Assembly (NCBI GenBank): GCA_905215465.1
Contig: CAJMPT010000001.1
Location: forward strand, 37,684 to 101,683
Length of the DNA: 64,000 nucleotides
Direction: 5' to 3'
From: an uncultured bacterium
GTDB lineage: Bacteria; Actinomycetota; Coriobacteriia; Coriobacteriales; Atopobiaceae
Positions 46,533 through 54,132 of this stretch are shown here, piece after piece (the stretch's first letter is position 1; every line of letters begins with the position of its first letter). Both the position numbers and the translations under genes were made by a program. The notes under the pieces are model-generated. The model made no database searches. It was not told where the DNA came from and saw only the letters and a program-made list of their open reading frames with translations.

Positions 46533-48086
46533 CTAGTTCTCCTTCTCTTCAAGGTTGAGGACGTCTTCGAGGTTCATCTTGGACTCGGCGCTCACCGGGT
46601 TCAGGTTGTTGGGCTCGTAGCCGGGGAGGAACTTCTCCTCGTAGAACGTGCGCGGGATGGCGACGGGGTACTCGCCGTTGAAGCAGGCCTTGCAGTAGCC
46701 CACCCCCTCGGGCACGCAGGCCATGAGGCCCTCCAGCGAGAGGAAGCCCACGGAGTCCGCGCCAATGTGGTCGCGGATCTCCTCCAGCGTCATGTTTGCG
46801 GCGATGAGCTGGTCCTGGTCAGCCGTGTCGATGCCGTAGAAGCACGGCCAAGTGACCATGGGGCTGGCGCTGCGCACGTGGACCTCCGTGGCGCCGGCCT
46901 CCTTGAGCAGGCGCACGATCTGCGCGGACGTGGTGCCGCGAACGATGGAGTCGTCCACCATGACCAAGCGCTTGCCGCGCACGACGTCTGCCAGCGCGTT
47001 GAGCTTGAGGCGCACGCCCATCTCGCGCAGCTCCTGCGTGGGGGCAATGAAGGTGCGGGCCACGTAGCGGTTCTTGATGAGGCCCGTGCCGTAGGGAATG
47101 CCGGACTCCTCCGCAAATCCCTCGGCCGCCGGCGTGCCGGAGTCGGGCACGGAGATGACCAGGTCGGCGTCGACGGGAGTCTCCTGCGCAAGGCGGCGGC
47201 CCATGTTGTGACGCACCAGGTAGATGGAGCTGCCGTCCTTGACGGAGTCAGGACGCGAGAAGTACACGTGCTCAAAGATGCAGTTGGCCGGAGTGCGCGG
47301 GCGGCAGCCCATCTCGGAGCGGAAGCCGTCGTCGGAGATGCGGATGATCTCACCGGGGGCAACCTCACGCACGTAGGTGGCGCCGGCGATGTCCAGCGCG
47401 CACGTCTCGCTGGCCACGACCCAGCCGGCGCCGTCGTCCAGCTTGCCCAGGACCAGCGGGCGGATGCCATGCGGGTCGCGGAAGGCATAGAGGGCGTTCT
47501 CGCGCACCAGGACCATGGCGTAGCCGCCCTCGAGCATGCGCATCGTGTGCGCGATGCCCGTACGCAGGCGGTGCCCGCGCTGGGTGAAGTAGCCGATGAG
47601 CTTGGCGGCAACCTCGGAGTCGGTGTTTGACCTGAAGGGGATGCCCATCTCGATGAGCTCGTGGCGCAGGGAGTCAAAGTTGACCAGCGTGCCGTTGTGG
47701 GCCAGGGCAATGATCACGTCGTTGATCATGGAAAGGTGCGGCTGCGCGGACTCCCAGCCCTTGGCGCCCGCCGTGCCGTAGCGGCAGTGGCCGCAGGCCA
47801 CCTTGCCAGGCATGGCGGAGAGGTCCGCGTCGGTGAAGACCTGCGTAACCAGGCCCAGGTCCTTGCGGACGAGGACGGTCTTGCCGTCGCCCACGGCGAT
47901 GCCGGCGGAGTCCTGGCCGCGGTGCTGCAGGGCCCGCAGGCCAAAGTAGGTGATGCGGGCCACGTCACGACCGGGCGCCCAGACGCCAAAGACGCCGCAC
48001 TCCTCATGGAGCTTGTCGTCGGGCTCGGGAGCGTCCTGGGCGGCCGAGGCCGACGGGCGGACGTACTTCTCGACGTTGCTTGTCAC
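46533..48086 (-). CDS. purF: Amidophosphoribosyltransferase
   Basis: Propeptide then the Ntn nucleophile CGVFGV, a PRTase motif (VMVDDSIVRGTT) and a C-terminal Cys cluster. Confidence 0.95.
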   Translation of the reverse strand: MTSNVEKYVRPSASAAQDAPEPDDKLHEECGVFGVWAPGRDVARITYFGLRALQHRGQDSAGIAVGDGKTVLVRKDLGLVTQVFTDADLSAMPGKVACGHCRYGTAGAKGWESAQPHLSMINDVIIALAHNGTLVNFDSLRHELIEMGIPFRSNTDSEVAAKLIGYFTQRGHRLRTGIAHTMRMLEGGYAMVLVRENALYAFRDPHGIRPLVLGKLDDGAGWVVASETCALDIAGATYVREVAPGEIIRISDDGFRSEMGCRPRTPANCIFEHVYFSRPDSVKDGSSIYLVRHNMGRRLAQETPVDADLVISVPDSGTPAAEGFAEESGIPYGTGLIKNRYVARTFIAPTQELREMGVRLKLNALADVVRGKRLVMVDDSIVRGTTSAQIVRLLKEAGATEVHVRSASPMVTWPCFYGIDTADQDQLIAANMTLEEIRDHIGADSVGFLSLEGLMACVPEGVGYCKACFNGEYPVAIPRTFYEEKFLPGYEPNNLNPVSAESKMNLEDVLNLEEKEN

Positions 48087-48109
48087 GAAGCTCGTTCCTC
48101 TCTTGGGGG

Positions 48110-49156
48110 CTAGTTGGACGTTGCGGCGGCGTCCGCGGCGGCGGAGGCCTTGGGCACGCAGACCAGGATGGTGCGGCCCGTCTCGTTGTTGGTGTAGTTG
48201 CAGGTGCAGAGCGTGAGAACCTTGTCCGCGCCGGCTATGAGCGCGTCGGCGTCGGAGCGCTTGGCCACGGCCTTGCCCAGAAGGCCCGCCAGGTAGGTGT
48301 GGAACTCGTCGTCGGAGGCAAAGGAGAACTGGCGGACGTTGGCGTCGTTCTCGTCCGTCTTGTAGAGCATGAGGGGCTCAAGCTCGTAGTTTGCGTCCTC
48401 CGTGACGTACCAGACGGTGTCCACGGAGTCAAAGTACTCCTGGTTCTCCATGTCAGCGATGGGCTTGAACATGGCGCCGTTGCGCAGGTGGTGGCCGTAG
48501 ATGATGGACTGGGCGTCCTGCATGCCCGGCGCGGTGTTCTCTGCGTCAAGGAAGATCTGGCCGCCCAGCGAGTAGCTGCCCTCCGCGTTGGTGTGGAGGT
48601 ACTCGTCGTTGTCCGCGCCCTGGTAGACGGGGAAGTTGACCACCGTGTTGGGAATCTGGACCCAGCCGACCACATCCTGGTTGACCGCTTTGAGGGACGC
48701 CCAGTCAACCACGGGCGCCTCGCTGCCCTTGGGGTCGATGGTGGCGTACGCGGCGAGCTTCTCGTTGATCTGGTCCTGCTCGTGGTACTGCCACTGGTTG
48801 TAGCCCCACATGCCGCCCGCCACCAGGATGAGGATGACGCCCAGCGCAAAAAGGATGCCAGAGATGATGCGGTTGCGACGACGCTTGGGGTTGTTCTCGC
48901 GCCGGCCAGAGAGGTCGTACGGATCCGTTCGCCTTCCGTGGCGAGAAGAACCCGCGTCGGCGCTGGTCGAGGTCACCGGCACAAAGCCCTGGGCTGCGCG
49001 CCCGGCGTTGGCGGCTGCGTGGGGGTTTCCAGCCGGAGCGTGGTAGGACTCGTCTCCGCCGCGATGCGCAGGCGTGCTCACCGGCGTGTGGGCGCCGGCC
49101 GCGGCGTCCCGACCGCGGCGGGGCTTCTCCTCGGGCTCCCTGAAGTGGGACGCCAT
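48110..49156 (-). CDS. srtB: Class B sortase with a long disordered cytoplasmic N-terminus
   Basis: TM anchor, then VVGWVQIPNT, IIYGHH and the catalytic LTLCTC (TLxTC) motif. Confidence 0.8.
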   Translation of the reverse strand: MASHFREPEEKPRRGRDAAAGAHTPVSTPAHRGGDESYHAPAGNPHAAANAGRAAQGFVPVTSTSADAGSSRHGRRTDPYDLSGRRENNPKRRRNRIISGILFALGVILILVAGGMWGYNQWQYHEQDQINEKLAAYATIDPKGSEAPVVDWASLKAVNQDVVGWVQIPNTVVNFPVYQGADNDEYLHTNAEGSYSLGGQIFLDAENTAPGMQDAQSIIYGHHLRNGAMFKPIADMENQEYFDSVDTVWYVTEDANYELEPLMLYKTDENDANVRQFSFASDDEFHTYLAGLLGKAVAKRSDADALIAGADKVLTLCTCNYTNNETGRTILVCVPKASAAADAAATSN

Positions 49157-49159
49157 GGG

Positions 49160-49621
49160 CTAGGCCTCGGCCATCTGCTGCTTGAAGTCCGCCATCTTCT
49201 GGCGGTACTCGGGCAGCGTGGCGCCCAGGATCTGGGTGGCGTAGATGGCCGCGTTCTTTGCGCCGTTGATGGCCACGCAGGCCACCGGGACGCCGGAGGG
49301 CATCTGGACCATGGAGAGCAGGGAGTCAAGGCCGCCCAGGTCAGAGGTCTTCATGGGCACGCCGATGATGGGCAGCGGAGTGCAGGCGGCAACGACGCCG
49401 CCCAGGTGGGCAGCCTTGCCGGCCGCGGCGATGATGACCTTCAGGCCGCGGTCCGCAGCGGTGGAGGCCCACTCGTGGACCTTCGCGGGATTGCGGTGGG
49501 CGCTGGCAATGACCAGCTCGTACGGCACGCCCAGCTCCTCGAGCTGCTTGGTGCACGCCTCCATGGTGGGCATGTCGGACTTGGAACCCATGATGATGCC
49601 AACCAGCGGCTGGTCTGCCAT
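49160..49621 (-). CDS. purE: N5-carboxyaminoimidazole ribonucleotide mutase
   Basis: VGIIMGSKSD, SAHR and the AAHLGGVVAA loop. ATG 49621. Confidence 0.9.
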   Translation of the reverse strand: MADQPLVGIIMGSKSDMPTMEACTKQLEELGVPYELVIASAHRNPAKVHEWASTAADRGLKVIIAAAGKAAHLGGVVAACTPLPIIGVPMKTSDLGGLDSLLSMVQMPSGVPVACVAINGAKNAAIYATQILGATLPEYRQKMADFKQQMAEA

Positions 49622-49832
49622 AAGACGCTCCTCCCGTTTGCGCGACGCTTTTGCGTGACGCGCGTTTATCGCCATTCGGTTTTCAGTATACGCGAGGCAA
49701 GGCTTCCGGCCAGACGGCTTGGGAACTCGTCACAGTACCGTTAACCTCGTCTTTTGTCTGCTACGCTGACCTTTTGTTAGTGAGTAGGGGCCGACGAGAG
49801 GCTCTTCTCGACCAGCATCCGGACTTCTTCCC

Positions 49833-49903
49833 TTGCCCGTGAACGCCTGAGGTAGCAAAACAGGCGTTCAGTGAATCCCTGAATTGCAGACCCAGGCGTT
49901 CAC
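49833..49903. repeat. Family-B element, copy 2 (short form)
   Basis: TTGCCCGTGAACGCCTGAGGTAGCAAAACAGGCGTTCAGTGAATCCCTGAATTGCAGACCCAGGCGTTCAC. Same orientation as copy 3. Its last half-site contains the stop codon of CDS 49900-50919. Confidence 0.85.
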
Positions 49904-50919
49904 GCCACATCGGAATAGGCCTCCTCCGGCGGCTCGTCCCCGTCAAACTCGCTCGTCGAGAAGAGCTTGACGTGCAGGGCCCTTCTCGCCTTCAGCTGCT
50001 CGGGCGACGGGGCCTGCCTGCGCACGTTCAGGCGATTCGCGATCATGAGGCCAACGGCGCTCAGCTCCTTGAGGCTCCGCGCCCGCTCGTTGTTGAGAGA
50101 GAAGGTCGTCAGCCCCTCGGCGGCCAACGCGTCCATGCGCCGGTCATCGTTGGTCCAGGTCTTCTCCGGATGGAAGCGACGGCTCTTGTACTCCCCGGCA
50201 ATTCCGGCGGCGGGCAGATAGAAGTCCGGGCGCATGTGCCCGTAGCCCAAGATGCTCCGCGCAACGGGGCCCAGCTCAAGCGTGCGATTGAGCTCGATTC
50301 CCCTGATGCCCAAGCCGCCGTCCGAGCGGCCGAGCGACAGGAACGAATAGACCTTTGATTCTGCGGGAGAGTTTGACCCGTCTTGGGCAAGACCGAGGAC
50401 GTCTCTCAGGCGGCGCGCAGCCACGGGAAGATCAGGGCTTCTTACCTCTAGCCAGGCGGAAAGCTCACCCACCGTTGCCAAGCTCTTCTTGGTGTTGACG
50501 AAGCCGGCCTCCAACGGCGGGGCCATCAAATACGTCCCGCAGAACTCAAGCGTGGCAATCAGCGCGTCTACCAGCGTCTCCCTGGCTGCAACCTGGGCAA
50601 GCGCAAGGGGAGGCCGGCACACGCCGAGATCGGGAAGGACCCACTCGACGTCCCCGCCAACGCCGACGTCTGCCCACACAAAGCAGGTGGCAAGCCTCGA
50701 GTTTCTCCTGTCGGAATCTTGCGGCGCGGCCAAGGCCATCGGAACGGGAATGCGCAGGTCAGCCGCAAGTTCGCTGAGACGGGCATACGTCACGTCACGG
50801 GCGCGGGGCGGCCTCAGCCGAGCCTGCGTCAGATGGCCATCAGCAACCTGCGGCGCGCCAGCCTCCGCCCTCCAGTAGTCAAGTGCCGAGCGTCCGCCCA
50901 AGATGATCTTTTGCGCCAT
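49900..50919 (-). CDS. DUF559/Vsr-like endonuclease-fold protein, paralogue 2
   Basis: C-terminal signature MRPDFYLPAAGIAGEYKSRRFH...NDDRRMDALAAEGLTTFSL. GGGAGGG RBS before ATG 50919. Confidence 0.7.
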   Translation of the reverse strand: MAQKIILGGRSALDYWRAEAGAPQVADGHLTQARLRPPRARDVTYARLSELAADLRIPVPMALAAPQDSDRRNSRLATCFVWADVGVGGDVEWVLPDLGVCRPPLALAQVAARETLVDALIATLEFCGTYLMAPPLEAGFVNTKKSLATVGELSAWLEVRSPDLPVAARRLRDVLGLAQDGSNSPAESKVYSFLSLGRSDGGLGIRGIELNRTLELGPVARSILGYGHMRPDFYLPAAGIAGEYKSRRFHPEKTWTNDDRRMDALAAEGLTTFSLNNERARSLKELSAVGLMIANRLNVRRQAPSPEQLKARRALHVKLFSTSEFDGDEPPEEAYSDVA

Positions 50920-50960
50920 GTGCCCTCCCTAGTCCAGCCGCTAAGGCCGCCAAGGATGAC

Positions 50961-51011
50961 ACATGCAACTTGCAGCAAGCTTTCCCTACGCATACCGCAA
51001 ACTTGCAGCAA
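50961..51011 (-). promoter_or_regulatory. Duplicated GCAACTTGCAGCAA box upstream of paralogue 2
   Basis: ACATGCAACTTGCAGCA (50961-50977) and GCAAACTTGCAGCAA (50997-51011). The core GCAACTTGC is an odd palindrome. Confidence 0.4.
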
Positions 51012-51107
51012 ATCGCATCTTCCGATGAAGACGCGCTTACCGCTGGCTGTAGTTGCACGATCTATGTCAAAAACGGCATAGGGAGTCCACAATTCGGGCC
51101 TGTGGCC

Positions 51108-51205
51108 CTTCTCGCCGGCGGTGGGGCTTCTCGCTGCGAGGGCTTCTTGCCGCCGACCGGGCTTCTCGCCCTCCGCACTTCTCGCCGCCGACCGGGCTTC
51201 TCGCC
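51108..51205. repeat. Tandem array of the CTTCTCGCC 9-mer with alternating 19/16-bp spacing (35-bp period)
   Basis: Units start at 51108, 51127 (CTTCTCGCT), 51143 (CTTCTTGCC), 51162, 51178 and 51197. Confidence 0.85.
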
Positions 51206-51207
51206 GA

Positions 51208-51306
51208 GCCCGTGAACGCCTGGCATAGCAAAACAGCCGTTCAGTGAACGACTGAATTGAAAACAGGCATTCACTGAACGGCTGAATTGAAGCCCCAGGC
51301 GTTCAC
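51208..51306. repeat. Family-B element, copy 3 (long form)
   Basis: CCCGTGAACGCCTGGCATAGCAAAACAGCCGTTCAGTGAACGACTGAATTGAAAACAGGCATTCACTGAACGGCTGAATTGAAGCCCCAGGCGTTCAC. Near-identical to the reverse complement of copy 1. Confidence 0.85.
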
Positions 51307-51359
51307 GGCGCGGACGCCGAGAAGCCCCTCCCGGCGAGAAGCCGCCGCCGGCAGCCCTC

Positions 51360-53033
51360 CTACAGGCAGAACCCCATCAGGATGGCGTGCTCGGTGGCAG
51401 GCAGGTGGGAGTACCAGGGCTCGCCAGCCTCGCTCACGCAGAGGTAGTACTGGGTGTTGAGCGGATCGATGGAGCGCAGCCACCAGTAGGAGTCGGAGCC
51501 CTGGGTGCCCAGGATGGAGTAGGTGCCGCCCCACTGGACGTCCTCGTCGAAGAAGAGCTGGTATTGGTCGCCCTCGGGCACATAGGAGTCGGAGCGCTTC
51601 ATGCCCGCAGTCAGCTTGCCCACCACCTCGGAGAACGAGGGAATCCACAGCTTGTCGTCAACGGAAGAGGCGGACGTGGCCCCAAAGCCCACCGTCTTCT
51701 TGGAGACCTCGACCACCTTGGAGGAGACCTCGTCGGGAAGCTCCGCCAGCAGGTCGTCGTTCATCCACGTGCGCAGCTCGCTGCCCTCCCAACCGGAATA
51801 GGTGCCCGCCTGAGAGACGTGCCGGCTGGCCACGGCATCCTCGGAGATCATGGTGACGCCAGCCTTGCCGGAGCCGTCGGCCCGCTCGTCCTGGCGGAAG
51901 CCCACGATGCGCATGGTCACCGTCTTGCCGTTGCTGAGCTGCAGCTTCTTGGTCTGGCTGCCGTCAAGCTTGCCGGACTCCAAGCACAGGTTGTGCTTCT
52001 TGGCAATCTCCAGCGCGACGGAATCGCTGTCCGCGGCGGCAATCTGGGCAGAGAGCTCGGAGAGCTCATCCCAGCTGTAGTCCTCGACGGCCGACCTCAC
52101 GGGGACGGAGTCCTGCGCGTCGCTGCCAGAGTCGGTAGGGTCGGAGCCGGCCTCGCCAGAGCCTCCCTTGGGCTCGCTCTGCGCCGGGGCGTCTGAGGGC
52201 CCCTGGGCCGGACGGTTCATGGCACCCACGGCCACCACGCCAACGATGGCAATGACCACCAGGGCCGCAATGGCCGCAATCGCGCGGCGAGAAGCCCCCG
52301 TCTTGCCGGCGGCGGCACCGCCAGAGCCCTGCGTTACAGGCACCCTGAGCTGCGTCGTTGCATCCAGGTCGGCCGGAGCACCGGCCGGCTCTGCGGCGGC
52401 ACCGGGCCCAGGCGTCTTCTCCGCGGCCAGGCGCTCGGCCTCCTCAGCGGCGGCGCGCTCGGCAGCCGCAGCCGCACGCTCGGCCTCACGGCGCTCGCGC
52501 TCCTCCCGCTTGGCCTGCGCGCGGCGCTCCTTGGCCTCCTTGCGGCGGCGCTGCTCCTCCTCGCGCTCGCGGCGGCGAGCGTCGCGGACGCCCACCTCGC
52601 AGGACGCAATCCCAGAGGCAGCGTTGGCCGCGGGGTACTTCTCCCAGGTCTTCTGGTCCGCGGCAAGCTCGGCCTCGTCCTCGCGCTGCTCGCGCGGAAG
52701 CTTGGGGTCAGGTGCGGGCGGAATCTGCTCGGCAAGGTCAGGCAGAGACGCGGCGCGCTTGGGCTTGCTCGTCCCCGGTTGCGCGGGCGAGAAGCCCGGG
52801 CGCGGCTCGTAGGGCCTCGGCGCCCTCATGGAGCGAGGCATCGCGCGCGGCGCGGGAGCCATGGGCACAAAGGGGACGGCACCGGCCGAGAGCGGCTGCT
52901 CAAGCGGCTTGGGGGCGGGAATGGCCTCCCCGTCCACCGAACGCGGCTCCGCGCCAGAGCCCACCGGCGCGCCGCACTTCTCGCAGAAGCGTGCCTCGTC
53001 AGAGATCTCCGCACCACAGCTGTTGCACTTCAA
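51360..53033 (-). CDS. Zinc-ribbon membrane protein with a DUF6273-like extracellular domain
   Basis: MKCNSCGAEISDEARFCEKCGAPV zinc ribbon, a highly charged R/E/A helix, one TM segment (AIAALVVIAIVGVVAV) and a C-terminal domain with GSELRTWMNDD...YWWLRS. Confidence 0.75.
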   Translation of the reverse strand: MKCNSCGAEISDEARFCEKCGAPVGSGAEPRSVDGEAIPAPKPLEQPLSAGAVPFVPMAPAPRAMPRSMRAPRPYEPRPGFSPAQPGTSKPKRAASLPDLAEQIPPAPDPKLPREQREDEAELAADQKTWEKYPAANAASGIASCEVGVRDARRREREEEQRRRKEAKERRAQAKREERERREAERAAAAAERAAAEEAERLAAEKTPGPGAAAEPAGAPADLDATTQLRVPVTQGSGGAAAGKTGASRRAIAAIAALVVIAIVGVVAVGAMNRPAQGPSDAPAQSEPKGGSGEAGSDPTDSGSDAQDSVPVRSAVEDYSWDELSELSAQIAAADSDSVALEIAKKHNLCLESGKLDGSQTKKLQLSNGKTVTMRIVGFRQDERADGSGKAGVTMISEDAVASRHVSQAGTYSGWEGSELRTWMNDDLLAELPDEVSSKVVEVSKKTVGFGATSASSVDDKLWIPSFSEVVGKLTAGMKRSDSYVPEGDQYQLFFDEDVQWGGTYSILGTQGSDSYWWLRSIDPLNTQYYLCVSEAGEPWYSHLPATEHAILMGFCL

Positions 53034-53232
53034 GGCGCTCCTCCCGTCTCCTCCCGTGCCAATTGCTCCCCATCATACTTGAAACTCCTCGCCGGTGACA
53101 CGGCCTCGCACGGCGGCGCGCGCCTGCGGCCTCGCCCCGGCTATCCACCCCCCCGGCACACAAAGAAGGACGCGAGGCAAGAAGCCCCGCGCCCTCCGCG
53201 TCTGCAATATCGGCCGTGCCCGCCTCCCGGCC

Positions 53233-54033
53233 CTACTTGCCCGTCAGAATCTGGACCGGCGTGAAGGACGTCGTGATCTGGTCGCGAATCTCGTCCTGGA
53301 TGGCGTCGTTGATGCCCGTGATGGTGCAGCCAAAGTTGACGCCGCCGTTGGCGGACTGCGTCTTGGTCCACACGAAGGTCATGTAGGACGTAACGTCGCC
53401 CGTAGGCTTGAGGAAGCCGAAGAGGCGCGTGCGCTCGATCTCGCCATCAGCGCTCATGTGGACGTTGACGTGGTAGACCACGGTGTTGATCTTGGGGTTG
53501 AGCAGGGCGTTGACGGCAAAGGCCGTGGCCTGCACCTGGGAGCCGGCAAAGCACTCGAGGGCCTTCTCGGAGCTGGTGTCCGTGACGGTGACCTCGATGC
53601 GGCCCGTGTTCTCGTCAGCCTCCTGAACGGAGAAGTCCTCAGGGAACTGCGTGAAGCCGTTGCCCCACTCCACGCCGCCGCGCAGGGCGGAGGCCACGGT
53701 GCGGACGTTGGCGTTCTCGGAGAGGTTTGCCGTGTTGGCGCGGCGGATGACGCCAAAGCCAACCTGGAAGACCACGATGCCCACCAGGAACACCAGCACA
53801 AAGCCCACGGCCGTACGGGCGATGACCTTCTCGACGTTGGAGCCGGACGGGTCGTCGCCGGCCAGGGGATCAACGTCGACGGACGTGCCCTTCTCCTTGC
53901 GGTGGCGGCGCTCGCGGCGGGCGCGCTCCTCGTCAGTGTGGCCCGTCTCGTCAACCTTCGCAAAGAGCGCCTCGGCCTCGTCGGCGTTGAGGGCGCCCCT
54001 CTGGATGCGTGCTATTTCATACTTTTTGGCCAT
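53233..54033 (-). CDS. Hypothetical single-pass membrane protein
   Basis: MAKKYEIARIQ..., a basic/acidic cytoplasmic head, a TM segment (VGFVLVFLVGIVVFQV) and a roughly 190-aa external domain. No family recognised. Confidence 0.6.
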   Translation of the reverse strand: MAKKYEIARIQRGALNADEAEALFAKVDETGHTDEERARRERRHRKEKGTSVDVDPLAGDDPSGSNVEKVIARTAVGFVLVFLVGIVVFQVGFGVIRRANTANLSENANVRTVASALRGGVEWGNGFTQFPEDFSVQEADENTGRIEVTVTDTSSEKALECFAGSQVQATAFAVNALLNPKINTVVYHVNVHMSADGEIERTRLFGFLKPTGDVTSYMTFVWTKTQSANGGVNFGCTITGINDAIQDEIRDQITTSFTPVQILTGK

Positions 54034-54132
54034 GTGCTCTCTCCCCGTCAGGCGCCAGGAGGCGCGGCGGGACCGCCCTTGCCTGTGGCGGCCCTCAACG
54101 GACATGCTGCAAGTATACGCAAGCGAGGCCGG

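Noticed and set aside
49622-49832. Purine or ZTP riboswitch upstream of purE.
   Set aside because: I could not find a recognisable guanine-riboswitch three-way junction or the ZTP GGGTCGTGACTGGCG / CCGCCTGGGC pair. Only a weak CCGTCTGGCC string is present.
51108-51205. CRISPR array.
   Set aside because: The repeats are 9-nt words separated by 7-10 nt (35-bp higher-order period). That is far too short for repeat-spacer units, and there are no cas genes in the window.
52334-52812. Arg/Ala/Ser-rich ORFs on both strands within the zinc-ribbon protein gene.
   Set aside because: They are frame-shadow products of the highly repetitive R/E/A-coding segment (RREREEEQRRRKEAKERRAQAKREERERREAER) of CDS 51360-53033.
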